Of a stretch of DNA of 64,000 nucleotides, positions 41,420 to 50,742 are shown piece by piece (position 1 is the first letter of the stretch; each line of letters starts with the position of its first letter). The notes under the pieces are model-generated. The model was not told the origin of the DNA and made no database searches. It worked only from the letters and a program-made list of their open reading frames with translations. A program made the position numbers and the translations under genes. Source of the DNA: Rickettsiales bacterium (GTDB lineage: Bacteria; Pseudomonadota; Alphaproteobacteria; CAJXXZ01; 1604HC). The stretch spans positions 102,531-166,530 of the forward strand of contig OZ247501.1 of NCBI GenBank assembly GCA_965233735.1. Reading direction: 5' to 3'.

Positions 41420-42194
41420 ACTTAGAATGGGAAAGGGTTTGGAATCTTTGCTTGGAAAAGAAGAATCTGATTTTCAAGAAATTAATTTATCTGAAATAGA
41501 GGCGGGAGACTTTCAAACTAGAAAAAATTTCAATTTAGAACAAATACAAGAATTAGCAGAAACAATTAAATCTACAGGAGTTCTGCAGCCTATTATTGTT
41601 TATAAAAGTAATAATAAATTTAAAATTGTATCTGGAGAAAGGCGTTTTAGGGCTTCAAAAATTGCGCAATTAAGAACTATTCCTGCAAAAGTAGTTAATT
41701 GGACAAATGAGCAAATACTAAATGCAAATATATTAGAAAACATACAGAGATCTCAGCTTAATGGAATTGAAGAAGCTCTTGCCTATAAAAAATTTATGGA
41801 AGAATATAATTTGACTCAAGAAGATATTTCAAAAAAAGTTGGAAAAAGTAGAAGTCATATTGCAAATTTGCTTAGATTATTAAAATTGCCAGAAGATGTT
41901 CAAGAGTCAATTATAAGTGGAAAAATAACTATAGGTCATGGAAAAGCATTGTTGCAAAAGAAAAAAAATATTTCTCAAGAAATGAATAAAATAATTTCTG
42001 AAAAGAAAAGCATACAAAAAATGACTTCATCCGATTCTAATGAATATGATTGGATTGCAGAAAATTTATCTGAAAACATAGGGTTTAAAGTTAATATAAA
42101 AAAAAGTGGGAAATCAGGAAATATTAATATACACTTTGAAAATGACTTAGAATTAGATGATTTATTAGAACTATTTAGTAAATTAAAAAAATAA
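41412..42194 (+). CDS. parB: Chromosome partitioning protein ParB
   Basis: MGKGL, GVLQPI, GERRFRA, ENIQR, HTH GKSRSHIAN. Confidence 0.95.
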   Translation: MHKLRMGKGLESLLGKEESDFQEINLSEIEAGDFQTRKNFNLEQIQELAETIKSTGVLQPIIVYKSNNKFKIVSGERRFRASKIAQLRTIPAKVVNWTNEQILNANILENIQRSQLNGIEEALAYKKFMEEYNLTQEDISKKVGKSRSHIANLLRLLKLPEDVQESIISGKITIGHGKALLQKKKNISQEMNKIISEKKSIQKMTSSDSNEYDWIAENLSENIGFKVNIKKSGKSGNINIHFENDLELDDLLELFSKLKK

Positions 42195-42219
42195 AAATTT
42201 GCTAACAAATCCTATTTTA

Positions 42220-43464
42220 TTATTTTTTATTTAAGAAGTCAGGTTTATCTTGCTTAATAGATACTTTGTCTTCTTTTTTATTTTTTTGAAAAAATGTTGA
42301 AAAAGAAGAAAAGAATGATTTTTTGTCTTTCTTTGAATAATTAGGATCAAATGTAGAGTTTTCTTCATTAAGAGAGTGAATTTCTATAGATGAATCTTCA
42401 TTTAGCTCATGTGATGATCCTATAAAATTTTCATTAGAATCGTATAAATTATTATCAAAAGAAAACTTACCATTTTCTTTGCTGATTTGATCTTCGCTCT
42501 GTTTGCTTGTTCCAAATATGAAAATTCTCATAGAATCTTCCATATCTTCTTCAAAAGTAGCTCCTAAAATAATATGTGCATCAGTTGCAATTTCTTCATT
42601 AATTTTTTGAGTTGCTTCTGACACATCGTCCATGCTTAAATTAGGACTTCCAGTAATGCAAACCAAAACATGATCTACATTTTTCCATGCAAATTTTCCA
42701 AAGTCCAAAAGAAGATTAGACATGGCACTTACAGCTGCTTTTTCTCCTTTTTTATCTCCAGAAGCCATTCCACTTCCCATCATTGCATTGTTTTTTCTAT
42801 CTTTGATTACAGTTGATAAGTCAGCAAAGTCCACATTGATCAATCCAGGGATTTTAATAATGTTAACAACACTTCTTATGCAATCTGACAAAAATTTATC
42901 TGCAATGGCAAATGCTTCGGTAAAAGGTGTTTTAGAGTCTGTTATACTATGTAAGTTTTGATTAGATACAATTACCAAAGTATCAACACTTTCTTGCAAT
43001 TCTTTTATTCCATTTTCTGCTGTTTTCATTCTATGAGAACCTTCAAAATTAAATGGCTTTGTAACTATTGCTAATGTCAAAATCCCTGAATCCTTAGCTG
43101 CTTTAGATATGACAGGTGATGCTCCAGTTCCAGTTCCACCACCCATGCCAGATGTTATAATTACCATATCTGCTCCTGATAGGTATTCCATAATTGAATC
43201 TATGCTTTCTTCAGCTGCTTTTTTTCCAAATTCAGGCTTAGATCCAGCTCCTAATCCTCTTGTGGATTTAGGTCCTAATTGAATTTTCATTTCACATGGT
43301 GAGTTCTCTAAAGCTTGTGAATCTGTATTGCAAACAGCAAATTCAATATAATCTTTTTTTTGCGATGTGTTGTTTTGCAACTGCGATATCATATTATTTA
43401 CAGCATTACACCCAGCTCCACCAACACCTAGCACTACAATTCTAGGATCAATATCTTTATTCAT
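42220..43464 (-). CDS. ftsZ: Cell division protein FtsZ
   Basis: GVGGAG, GMGGGTGTG, INVDFAD, C-terminal PDFL. Start placed after the GGAG RBS (ORF track 43476). Confidence 0.97.
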   Translation of the reverse strand: MNKDIDPRIVVLGVGGAGCNAVNNMISQLQNNTSQKKDYIEFAVCNTDSQALENSPCEMKIQLGPKSTRGLGAGSKPEFGKKAAEESIDSIMEYLSGADMVIITSGMGGGTGTGASPVISKAAKDSGILTLAIVTKPFNFEGSHRMKTAENGIKELQESVDTLVIVSNQNLHSITDSKTPFTEAFAIADKFLSDCIRSVVNIIKIPGLINVDFADLSTVIKDRKNNAMMGSGMASGDKKGEKAAVSAMSNLLLDFGKFAWKNVDHVLVCITGSPNLSMDDVSEATQKINEEIATDAHIILGATFEEDMEDSMRIFIFGTSKQSEDQISKENGKFSFDNNLYDSNENFIGSSHELNEDSSIEIHSLNEENSTFDPNYSKKDKKSFFSSFSTFFQKNKKEDKVSIKQDKPDFLNKK

Positions 43465-43479
43465 TTGAATCTCCATTAA

Positions 43480-44628
43480 CTACTTCTTAATCATATCATA
43501 AAAATTTTTTAACCCAAGTAAAATATAATTATATAATTTTTTTATTGATTTATTGTTAACATTTTTATTTTTTATTTTGTTTGTAAATCGTGAAATGTTA
43601 GAATTATTTTCATTCTCATTGAGTATAGTTATTTGATTAGTGAAATATTTTTCTAATAAAAATTCTATTCCAGGAACTGTAGATAGCTCACCCATAAGAA
43701 ACATTTTGTAATTAAAGTCTAAAATTTTATTATCTGATAATTGATTTTTCAAACTAGAAATTAACTTTTTTATTAAAGGAAGTGTTTTTTTGATTATATC
43801 GTATCTTGATATAGTTGAATCACTTTTTCCTCTTGTTTGTAAATTAATATGTTGATTTTTATCATCTTCATTTAGAATTGCGCTATAATATTTTTTTCTT
43901 AATGATGTTGCTTGTTCAATTGATATATTGAATTTAATAGAAACTGATTCATCAATTGTTCTATGACCTATATTCAAATTAAATAGTTGTATTGGTATGT
44001 GATTTTTAATTAAATATATTGAAGAATTGCTATCCTGTATATCTATTACTAAGCTTCCTAAGTTTTTTTCATCTTCTGACAACAAATGATCAATTTTTTC
44101 ATATGTGTTTGAATTGTAGCTAATGACCTTTAAATATAAATCAGAGAAAATTTTATTGAAATTTTTAATTACTTGATTGCTAGTATATAAAACAGACCAA
44201 ACTATTTTGCATTTATTTCCATAAATATTTATTGGATTTGTTACTCGTTTATTATCGATGAAAATTTCAAAAGGAAAGCTTTGAATTAAAAATAAATTAT
44301 TGTCTTTTAAAATATTGTTTAATGTATTTAGCATTTGATTTAAATGAGGTTTTTGAAATTGATTATTGAACTCTATTTCTGTTGTAAAATAAGTGATTTT
44401 CATTTGATCAGAAGGCAACATGACAGATATATTTTTTATTTTATGATTGGATGACTTTTCTATATTATTTATTAAATTTATTATAGATGTTTTGAATTTA
44501 TTAAAATCACTTATTGACCCATTAAGAAGAGCAGAGTGTTTTATCCAATGCAGTGCAACCTCCTCTTTATTATTTATTAAATACCCCTTAATCTGAGTTT
44601 CAAATATTTCAAGTATTAACACATTCAT
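43480..44628 (-). CDS. ftsA: Cell division protein FtsA (divergent)
   Basis: Directly upstream of ftsZ; NPINIYG, LLSEDEKNLG, actin-fold layout, amphipathic C-terminus. Confidence 0.8.
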   Translation of the reverse strand: MNVLILEIFETQIKGYLINNKEEVALHWIKHSALLNGSISDFNKFKTSIINLINNIEKSSNHKIKNISVMLPSDQMKITYFTTEIEFNNQFQKPHLNQMLNTLNNILKDNNLFLIQSFPFEIFIDNKRVTNPINIYGNKCKIVWSVLYTSNQVIKNFNKIFSDLYLKVISYNSNTYEKIDHLLSEDEKNLGSLVIDIQDSNSSIYLIKNHIPIQLFNLNIGHRTIDESVSIKFNISIEQATSLRKKYYSAILNEDDKNQHINLQTRGKSDSTISRYDIIKKTLPLIKKLISSLKNQLSDNKILDFNYKMFLMGELSTVPGIEFLLEKYFTNQITILNENENNSNISRFTNKIKNKNVNNKSIKKLYNYILLGLKNFYDMIKK

Positions 44629-44692
44629 TTAACCTAATTATATCATGAGATATTTTTGTTCAGTAGGGTTAATATTGATTTTTACATTGTTT

Positions 44693-45829
44693 TCATTTGT
44701 TTAAATTGTGTAAATCTAACAATAAATTGGAATATATATTGTATAATGTGCTTATGTTTTCTTTGAGTGTTTTTTCTTCAGTTTGATGTGCTTGGCTTTC
44801 TTCTAGTCCTATTTCAACAACATCTGCTAATTTTGTTAAAAATCGTCCATCACTTGTAGCTCCATTTGCATTGAAATTAACTTTCTGATTTGTTTCTTTG
44901 AATATATTGTTTTCTAACCAAGTAATAACTGATTTGTTTTTCAATATAAACGGCTCTCCATGTTTTTTCCAACTTATAGAGTGATTTATATTATGATTTG
45001 CACATGTTTTTTTTATTTCTTTAGATAAAATTTCAATTATTTGGTCTGCTGTATAGTTTGAATTAAATCTTGTTCCAAAGCATATTTTCATACTGCCAGG
45101 TATGACATTTTCAGCTGATTCTTCATTATCTCCAGTTTTTATTTCTGTTATTTGAATTTTGCTAGCTTCAAAAAAATCATTTTTTTCTCCTATTTCTCTA
45201 TTGTGCAATAGTGAAATTAATTCTGATAAAGGGTTTATAGCGCTATGTGCATAATGAGGATAAGCGATATGGCCTTTTGATCCTGTAATATTTAATGTAG
45301 CAGTAACGCTTCCTCTTCTTCCAATCTTCACGGCATCTCCTGCGTATTTATTGCAACTTGGTTCTCCAAGTATAAAAATGTCGAAATTATCATTTTTAAT
45401 AGATTTGCTTTCTTTTATATATCTTTGAATTCCATCAACTGCTTCAGCTTCTTCATCTGTAGTTAACATAATGCTTACAGATCCTTTGATTTTGCCTATG
45501 TTTTTTTGCAAAGCATAAATAAAACAACCTATAGCTCCTTTCATATCTACAATTCCTAATCCAGAAAAATAAGAACCAATTTCAGTCAGAGAATATGGGC
45601 TGTTTTTCCATGAATTTCCTGGAGGAACTACATCAACATGTCCAGCAAAACATAGGTGAGGCCCTTCCCTGTTTAACTTTGCAAACATATTATGAACAGC
45701 TCCATACTGTTCTATTTCTACCTTGAATCCCATTGTAGTTAATAACTCGCCAATATATTCTAAGCAATCTTTTCCTAATGGAGTTACTGATTCAAATCCT
45801 ATTAAGTTTTGTATTATATTTAGATCCAT
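44693..45829 (-). CDS. dapE: Succinyl-diaminopimelate desuccinylase
   Basis: FAGHVDVVP, DMKG, DEE, GEP, GRRGS, GHIAYP, TSDGRF. Confidence 0.93.
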   Translation of the reverse strand: MDLNIIQNLIGFESVTPLGKDCLEYIGELLTTMGFKVEIEQYGAVHNMFAKLNREGPHLCFAGHVDVVPPGNSWKNSPYSLTEIGSYFSGLGIVDMKGAIGCFIYALQKNIGKIKGSVSIMLTTDEEAEAVDGIQRYIKESKSIKNDNFDIFILGEPSCNKYAGDAVKIGRRGSVTATLNITGSKGHIAYPHYAHSAINPLSELISLLHNREIGEKNDFFEASKIQITEIKTGDNEESAENVIPGSMKICFGTRFNSNYTADQIIEILSKEIKKTCANHNINHSISWKKHGEPFILKNKSVITWLENNIFKETNQKVNFNANGATSDGRFLTKLADVVEIGLEESQAHQTEEKTLKENISTLYNIYSNLLLDLHNLNK

Positions 45830-45874
45830 AGTTAGATATTTCGAGCTTATTGATAAAAAAGTCAATGTTTTTTA

Positions 45875-46966
45875 TTAATTACAAAAATTTAAAGGTTCAA
45901 CAAATTGATCATGTAATTCTTTTTCTAATAATACAGATTGAGACTCTTTAACGCATATCCAAGAATAATATTTCATACAAGAATATATTTGAGAGTATTT
46001 TTGAATTATATTAATAAATTTTTCTTTGTTAATTGGAATTGGATGAATTAAAGTTATTTTTATATATTTTTCTTGACTTGTATTTGTTTTTTTATCATTT
46101 AAATATGCACTATATTCTTCTTCAGAAGAAAACAAACACCAATAATTATCATAGGAAATAAAAGCATGTGTATTTTGTATTTTTTGCCCTTCTTTTAATA
46201 TTGCTAAATAAGCTTTTTGCTTTGTGATTATATTATGTCGTGAAGATTTATGAGAAATAAGAGTTCCCTTAGAGGAGTTAAATGCAGAATTGATAAATAC
46301 ATTAACATTGTTTTTTTTTGCATATTCAACTGCTTTATTATGTATTACTTGTGCTCCATGATTTGATGCATGTTGCATATTGTCATAACTTAATTGATTT
46401 ATTTTTTGTCCAGGATTAGATTTTGGATCGCAAGTAAAAACTCCATCTACATCTTTGTATATATAACAGTTACATTTGAACTTAGAAGCTAATGCCACAG
46501 CAGTTAAGTCTGAAGATCCACTTCCTAAAGTAGTAATTTTATTATCTGAGGTTATTCCTTGAAATCCAGTTATAATGGGAATAATATTATCTTTTATTAA
46601 TATTGATAAATTTTTAGTAGATATATTTTGAAGAGATGCATTTCCATAATTTTGATTTGTTACAATTGGTATTTGCCATCCAGCTAAAGGTTGGGATTTA
46701 TATCCATTATTAATTATAGATGATGATAGCATTCCAGCGCTAATCATTTCTCCTGTTGATAAAATGAAATCACTGCATACATTTTGTTTTGTTGATATTT
46801 TTGATAATAAATTATGGAGTTGTTGTGTTGAATTTCCCATTGCAGATACAACAACAATTGGAAATGAATCTTTTAAGTGGGATATTATTTTATTTGAACA
46901 TAATTGTATTTTTTCTGTAGAGGATAAAGTCTTTCCGCCAAATTTCATTACAATTAAGTTTTTCAC
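45875..46966 (-). CDS. lysC: Aspartate kinase
   Basis: MKFGG, VVSAMG, TGE, GFQG, TTLG..SDLTAV, DVDGV..DP. Confidence 0.92.
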   Translation of the reverse strand: MKNLIVMKFGGKTLSSTEKIQLCSNKIISHLKDSFPIVVVSAMGNSTQQLHNLLSKISTKQNVCSDFILSTGEMISAGMLSSSIINNGYKSQPLAGWQIPIVTNQNYGNASLQNISTKNLSILIKDNIIPIITGFQGITSDNKITTLGSGSSDLTAVALASKFKCNCYIYKDVDGVFTCDPKSNPGQKINQLSYDNMQHASNHGAQVIHNKAVEYAKKNNVNVFINSAFNSSKGTLISHKSSRHNIITKQKAYLAILKEGQKIQNTHAFISYDNYWCLFSSEEEYSAYLNDKKTNTSQEKYIKITLIHPIPINKEKFINIIQKYSQIYSCMKYYSWICVKESQSVLLEKELHDQFVEPLNFCN

Positions 46967-47004
46967 TAATTACTATAATAGACGTGACTTAATTTAGAAG
47001 CAAA

Positions 47005-47499
47005 TTATTCTTCTAAATGACTGTTATTTTTCTCTTTTCTGGATCCAAATTCAAAAACATATATATCTTTTAAACAAGATCCGAAAATTCCTGCTGCAGT
47101 AGCTATAATACATATGATTTCAGACGACATATTTGAAATTAATCCTAAAATTAGCAGGCATGTTGATAATCCGAAAAAAGCTAAAAATAACATAAAATGC
47201 TTTTTTTTCTTATCTCTCTTATGGACTAATATATTTCTTTTTCTTGCATTTTTTCTATCTTTATAATGTATATCTTCTTTTATAATACTTTCTATTGTTT
47301 TCTTTAATATTACGTTTACATGCTGTTCTCCAGTAAGCTTATTAATCAAAGACATTTTATCTGATTGTTTAAATGATTGAAGCAAATCTTTTATTGAATG
47401 AAAGAAAGAATTATCTTTGTTTTTTGGTTTGAAAATATTAATTACTAGTGATATTACGAATTTTATTATTTGCCATAGTTTGTAAGATAGTTTGATCAC
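47005..47499 (-). CDS. Holin-like membrane protein at the end of the phage/GTA operon
   Basis: DRKNARKR, two TM helices, AGIFGSCLKDIYVFEFGS, charged tail. Confidence 0.55.
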   Translation of the reverse strand: MIKLSYKLWQIIKFVISLVINIFKPKNKDNSFFHSIKDLLQSFKQSDKMSLINKLTGEQHVNVILKKTIESIIKEDIHYKDRKNARKRNILVHKRDKKKKHFMLFLAFFGLSTCLLILGLISNMSSEIICIIATAAGIFGSCLKDIYVFEFGSRKEKNNSHLEE

Positions 47500-47579
47500 T
47501 TTTCAAAAAATATAAATGTTATATTTGGATGATCGTAATCAAGTTCTAATTCTGTATCTAATTGCTCTAAAATACTCAT
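47496..47579 (-). CDS. 27-aa small protein MSILEQLDTELELDYDHPNITFIFFEK
   Basis: AAGGAGGA RBS, TAATG overlap with the upstream stop, GTGA overlap with the downstream start. Fills the gap exactly. Confidence 0.6.
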   Translation of the reverse strand: MSILEQLDTELELDYDHPNITFIFFEK

Positions 47580-49075
47580 TATTCCTCCTTTCTATATAAT
47601 TCAAAATTTAATGTATTGTCATTGTTTTTAATATAATTTTTATCTGTTATTTGGAATCCATATAATTTATTATTTTGCCTCAATGGATCTACTATATAAT
47701 TTCTATATTTATTAAGATTTGATGCTGAAGTACTTTTCTTAAATAAAAACTGATTGTAATTTTCTACATTATTTTTATCAATATATTCGTTTGCAAAATA
47801 CACTTCTTCTGTGTAATTTTCTCTTGAAATTATTGGTTGTTTGTATTTTGAAAAATAGATTTTGAATTTTATATATTTGCTATTTTTATTAAATACTTTT
47901 TCATAAGAAATCAATCTTCCATATTGTTTTTCATTGTTATGATCATTAAACGATATTAAATTCATGACTTCTATATTTGACCATTGTTTCCATGGAGCAG
48001 TTACATTAATAATATAATCATAATTATTTTTTTCAGTATAGCAATATAATATATCTAGAAAATTTTTAAAAATCATCTGACCTGTAGTTGAAGAAAACAA
48101 ATTAACATTGGAATTAATGTTTGAAATAAAATTATCTTCATGGTTAACCCACATATTTTCATTGCTTGTGTTTGTTGACATATGATTTTTTGTGCATTCA
48201 ACTATTTTATCATTTTTTATAACTATATCTTGAACAGAATAAAATTTATTTATTTCCCATGTTGGGTATTGAGATATATGTTTTGTTCCGTCTAAATTAA
48301 TATTTAAATTTTTTATATTAGGCAAATGCAAATTAAACATCCATGTTTCAACATTGTTATGTTTTTCTTTGCTTTTTAATATTAATTTTCCTGTTTTATT
48401 TGTTTCTTTATTAGGCTGTGAGCTTATTACAGTATATTTTCCAAATTTTCTTTTGTTTTTTGGGAAATTTTTATTCATTTCTATACAATCTATTTCAGAT
48501 AATTCTGAGTGCTTTTTTAATAATGTAGTAATAATATCTTGATAAATAGTTGTGTTTTCTAGCCATTTTATTTTTAATTTAAGTGTAGATTTCTTTTTCT
48601 TTTCAGAATAAATTTCTTTTTTATATATATTTTCATTTTTTAAATTTTGTTCGAATATTGTTTTATTATAGTGGTTAAGATTAAACACATTCATTTTGCT
48701 ATCAAATACCAACATTTCATTTGATGACTTATTATTTGGGTTGAATATTCTGCTTATTTTATATTTTGTTGCATTACGCTTTAACTCTTCATCAGGATTA
48801 GAATGAGAAATTAAAATCGCATAAGACTTTTTAAATGATATATTTTTTATTTTTCCTATGAAAATTATTTCATCATTATATAGCGCTATACAGTAATTAC
48901 AAGACATTATTTTATCTACATTTTTATAAAATATTTCTATATTAGCATTAGCAAATTGATTCACATTATGGCTTATTTTTAAAGATTTTATTCTAAAATT
49001 ATTTTCATTTTTGAAATGTTGATGTGCATTATCTACAGATATATTTTCACTGGAAGTAAAAAATTTTATAGTCAT
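47579..49075 (-). CDS. Putative tail-tip/baseplate protein with a CBM5/12-like module
   Basis: Within the operon (ATGA overlap); WEINKFYSVQDIV..KIVECTKNHMS. Confidence 0.5.
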   Translation of the reverse strand: MTIKFFTSSENISVDNAHQHFKNENNFRIKSLKISHNVNQFANANIEIFYKNVDKIMSCNYCIALYNDEIIFIGKIKNISFKKSYAILISHSNPDEELKRNATKYKISRIFNPNNKSSNEMLVFDSKMNVFNLNHYNKTIFEQNLKNENIYKKEIYSEKKKKSTLKLKIKWLENTTIYQDIITTLLKKHSELSEIDCIEMNKNFPKNKRKFGKYTVISSQPNKETNKTGKLILKSKEKHNNVETWMFNLHLPNIKNLNINLDGTKHISQYPTWEINKFYSVQDIVIKNDKIVECTKNHMSTNTSNENMWVNHEDNFISNINSNVNLFSSTTGQMIFKNFLDILYCYTEKNNYDYIINVTAPWKQWSNIEVMNLISFNDHNNEKQYGRLISYEKVFNKNSKYIKFKIYFSKYKQPIISRENYTEEVYFANEYIDKNNVENYNQFLFKKSTSASNLNKYRNYIVDPLRQNNKLYGFQITDKNYIKNNDNTLNFELYRKEE

Positions 49076-49527
49076 GCTTCCTCCAAATATATGGTCCATT
49101 TTGGCTTGAAATTGTCAGAATTAATGCTGATTTTTGAAATTACCATGTTTAATATAGGCCTATAACTCACTTCTCCACTTCCTAGGTTTTGTAACTGTTC
49201 GTATGAGTTTAATGGAATTAATTCACCAATATCTGGTTTGAAAAATATAGAATTTTTGGCTGCATTATGTGCTGGCTGATATCTTGTATTAGTTATTTTA
49301 TTATATATTCTTATTTCACATTCCACTTGTAGTATTTGTGATTTATCAATTTCAGGAAGAGGTCCATTTCCATTAATTTGAGAGTTATATTTAATTTCTT
49401 GATTATAGAACATAATATTATTATTTGCATCTCGTTCTAATAAATTGTTCAACTCTAACGTTTGAGAGCAATTTTTCCCTTCAATTAAATTATTATCTGA
49501 ATCTTTATATTTTAACTTAAGTTTCAT
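49072..49527 (-). CDS. Phage/GTA operon protein (possible distal tail protein)
   Basis: Overlapping-gene context; CSQTL..R, VSYRPILNMV, WTIYLEE. Confidence 0.45.
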   Translation of the reverse strand: MKLKLKYKDSDNNLIEGKNCSQTLELNNLLERDANNNIMFYNQEIKYNSQINGNGPLPEIDKSQILQVECEIRIYNKITNTRYQPAHNAAKNSIFFKPDIGELIPLNSYEQLQNLGSGEVSYRPILNMVISKISINSDNFKPKWTIYLEEA

Positions 49528-49822
49528 TTGATATCCTTTTCATTGTTATTTTTGCTTTTATAATAGCTTTGTCGAAGTTGATTTCAGAATCACAAGATAG
49601 CTCTTTTTGTAATTTTAAGTTTAATTTTATAATTTTATCGTAGTAATTAATATCTTTAACAAACTTATCTAATGTGATATTACAAACTATAAAAACATGT
49701 TCTAAGTCTTCCTCGTATTTTTGAACCTCTAAATTCAAAGAATTATGTATATCATTTTCTTCTTTTCCAATATAACAATTTTCTACTGCTCTAATTAATA
49801 AATTTGTATAATATTCTATCAT
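49517..49822 (-). CDS. Phage/GTA operon protein (tail-terminator position)
   Basis: 101 aa; assignment by gene order only. Confidence 0.4.
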   Translation of the reverse strand: MIEYYTNLLIRAVENCYIGKEENDIHNSLNLEVQKYEEDLEHVFIVCNITLDKFVKDINYYDKIIKLNLKLQKELSCDSEINFDKAIIKAKITMKRISNET

Positions 49823-49823
49823 G

Positions 49824-50225
49824 TTAACCTTCTATTGTTTTGTGTATATTCATTGTTTTAAGCAAGTTATGCTTTGTAATTTCTTTTGCAAAAAAGTATC
49901 CATATTTATGCATAGTCAGGTCACTATTAATTGGTTGTAATCTAGAGCTTATTTTTAAATATTTATGATTCCATGCGCAAAGATCAAATTCTTTTATATT
50001 TACATTGCATACTATTGCGAAAAAATTACATAATATTCCATTTTGTTTTTGATGTAAATTTAATGGAACTATATGACACCAAATAGGATCTTGAGGACAC
50101 TCCATTTGCATATATTTTCCATTTACAATTGTTTCTTTGATTGATATTGGTTCAATAGAGTGTCTAAATTTAGGTATATTTCCTTGTAAAATAGAACTCC
50201 ATTTTTTAGGATAATTTGTTGTCAT
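49824..50225 (-). CDS. Putative head-closure (stopper) protein
   Basis: Follows the adaptor gene; FRHSI..IWCHIVP..CAWNHKYLKI pattern. Confidence 0.45.
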   Translation of the reverse strand: MTTNYPKKWSSILQGNIPKFRHSIEPISIKETIVNGKYMQMECPQDPIWCHIVPLNLHQKQNGILCNFFAIVCNVNIKEFDLCAWNHKYLKISSRLQPINSDLTMHKYGYFFAKEITKHNLLKTMNIHKTIEG

Positions 50226-50740
50226 AATTTATTACTCATATCTCTATGTTGATCTAATATATTAATATTATTATTTGTGCTTTTGCTATTTCCATTATAT
50301 ATTTCATCAAATTTATCTAATATATATTGCTGTATAGAGCCTGGTAAGCTTTCTTCATCAAATCCAGCTTCATATATAACTTTAACTTTTTTATTTAAAT
50401 ATTTTTCTTTTAATAAAATTGTTCTATATCCGTGATGAACAATTTGTTCAAAATCTTTTACTTGAATAAAGCCTTCTTTATCTGCTACTGAAACAGAAAC
50501 AATATTATTTATAGGAGGTTTTGGAAGATGAATTTTAATTTGTTTATTGCAATAACAGAACCGTTTCATAATTATTGATCTATCTGTATATGTTTCTGCT
50601 GTTTTAAGAGCAAGTTTTAATATATGTTTTAAGTGCTCATCAGATTGTGTGGGATGAATATTAAAATGTTGTTTAATGAAATCCAAATTAATAGGCATTT
50701 CATTGCTTTCCCATTCAACATTTAAAGAATAGCTAAACAT
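50222..50740 (-). CDS. Head-tail adaptor (HK97 gp6-like)
   Basis: PINLDFIKQH, AETYTDR, LPKPP, VIYEAGF, LPGSIQQ. Confidence 0.8.
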   Translation of the reverse strand: MFSYSLNVEWESNEMPINLDFIKQHFNIHPTQSDEHLKHILKLALKTAETYTDRSIIMKRFCYCNKQIKIHLPKPPINNIVSVSVADKEGFIQVKDFEQIVHHGYRTILLKEKYLNKKVKVIYEAGFDEESLPGSIQQYILDKFDEIYNGNSKSTNNNINILDQHRDMSNKL

Positions 50741-50742
50741 TT

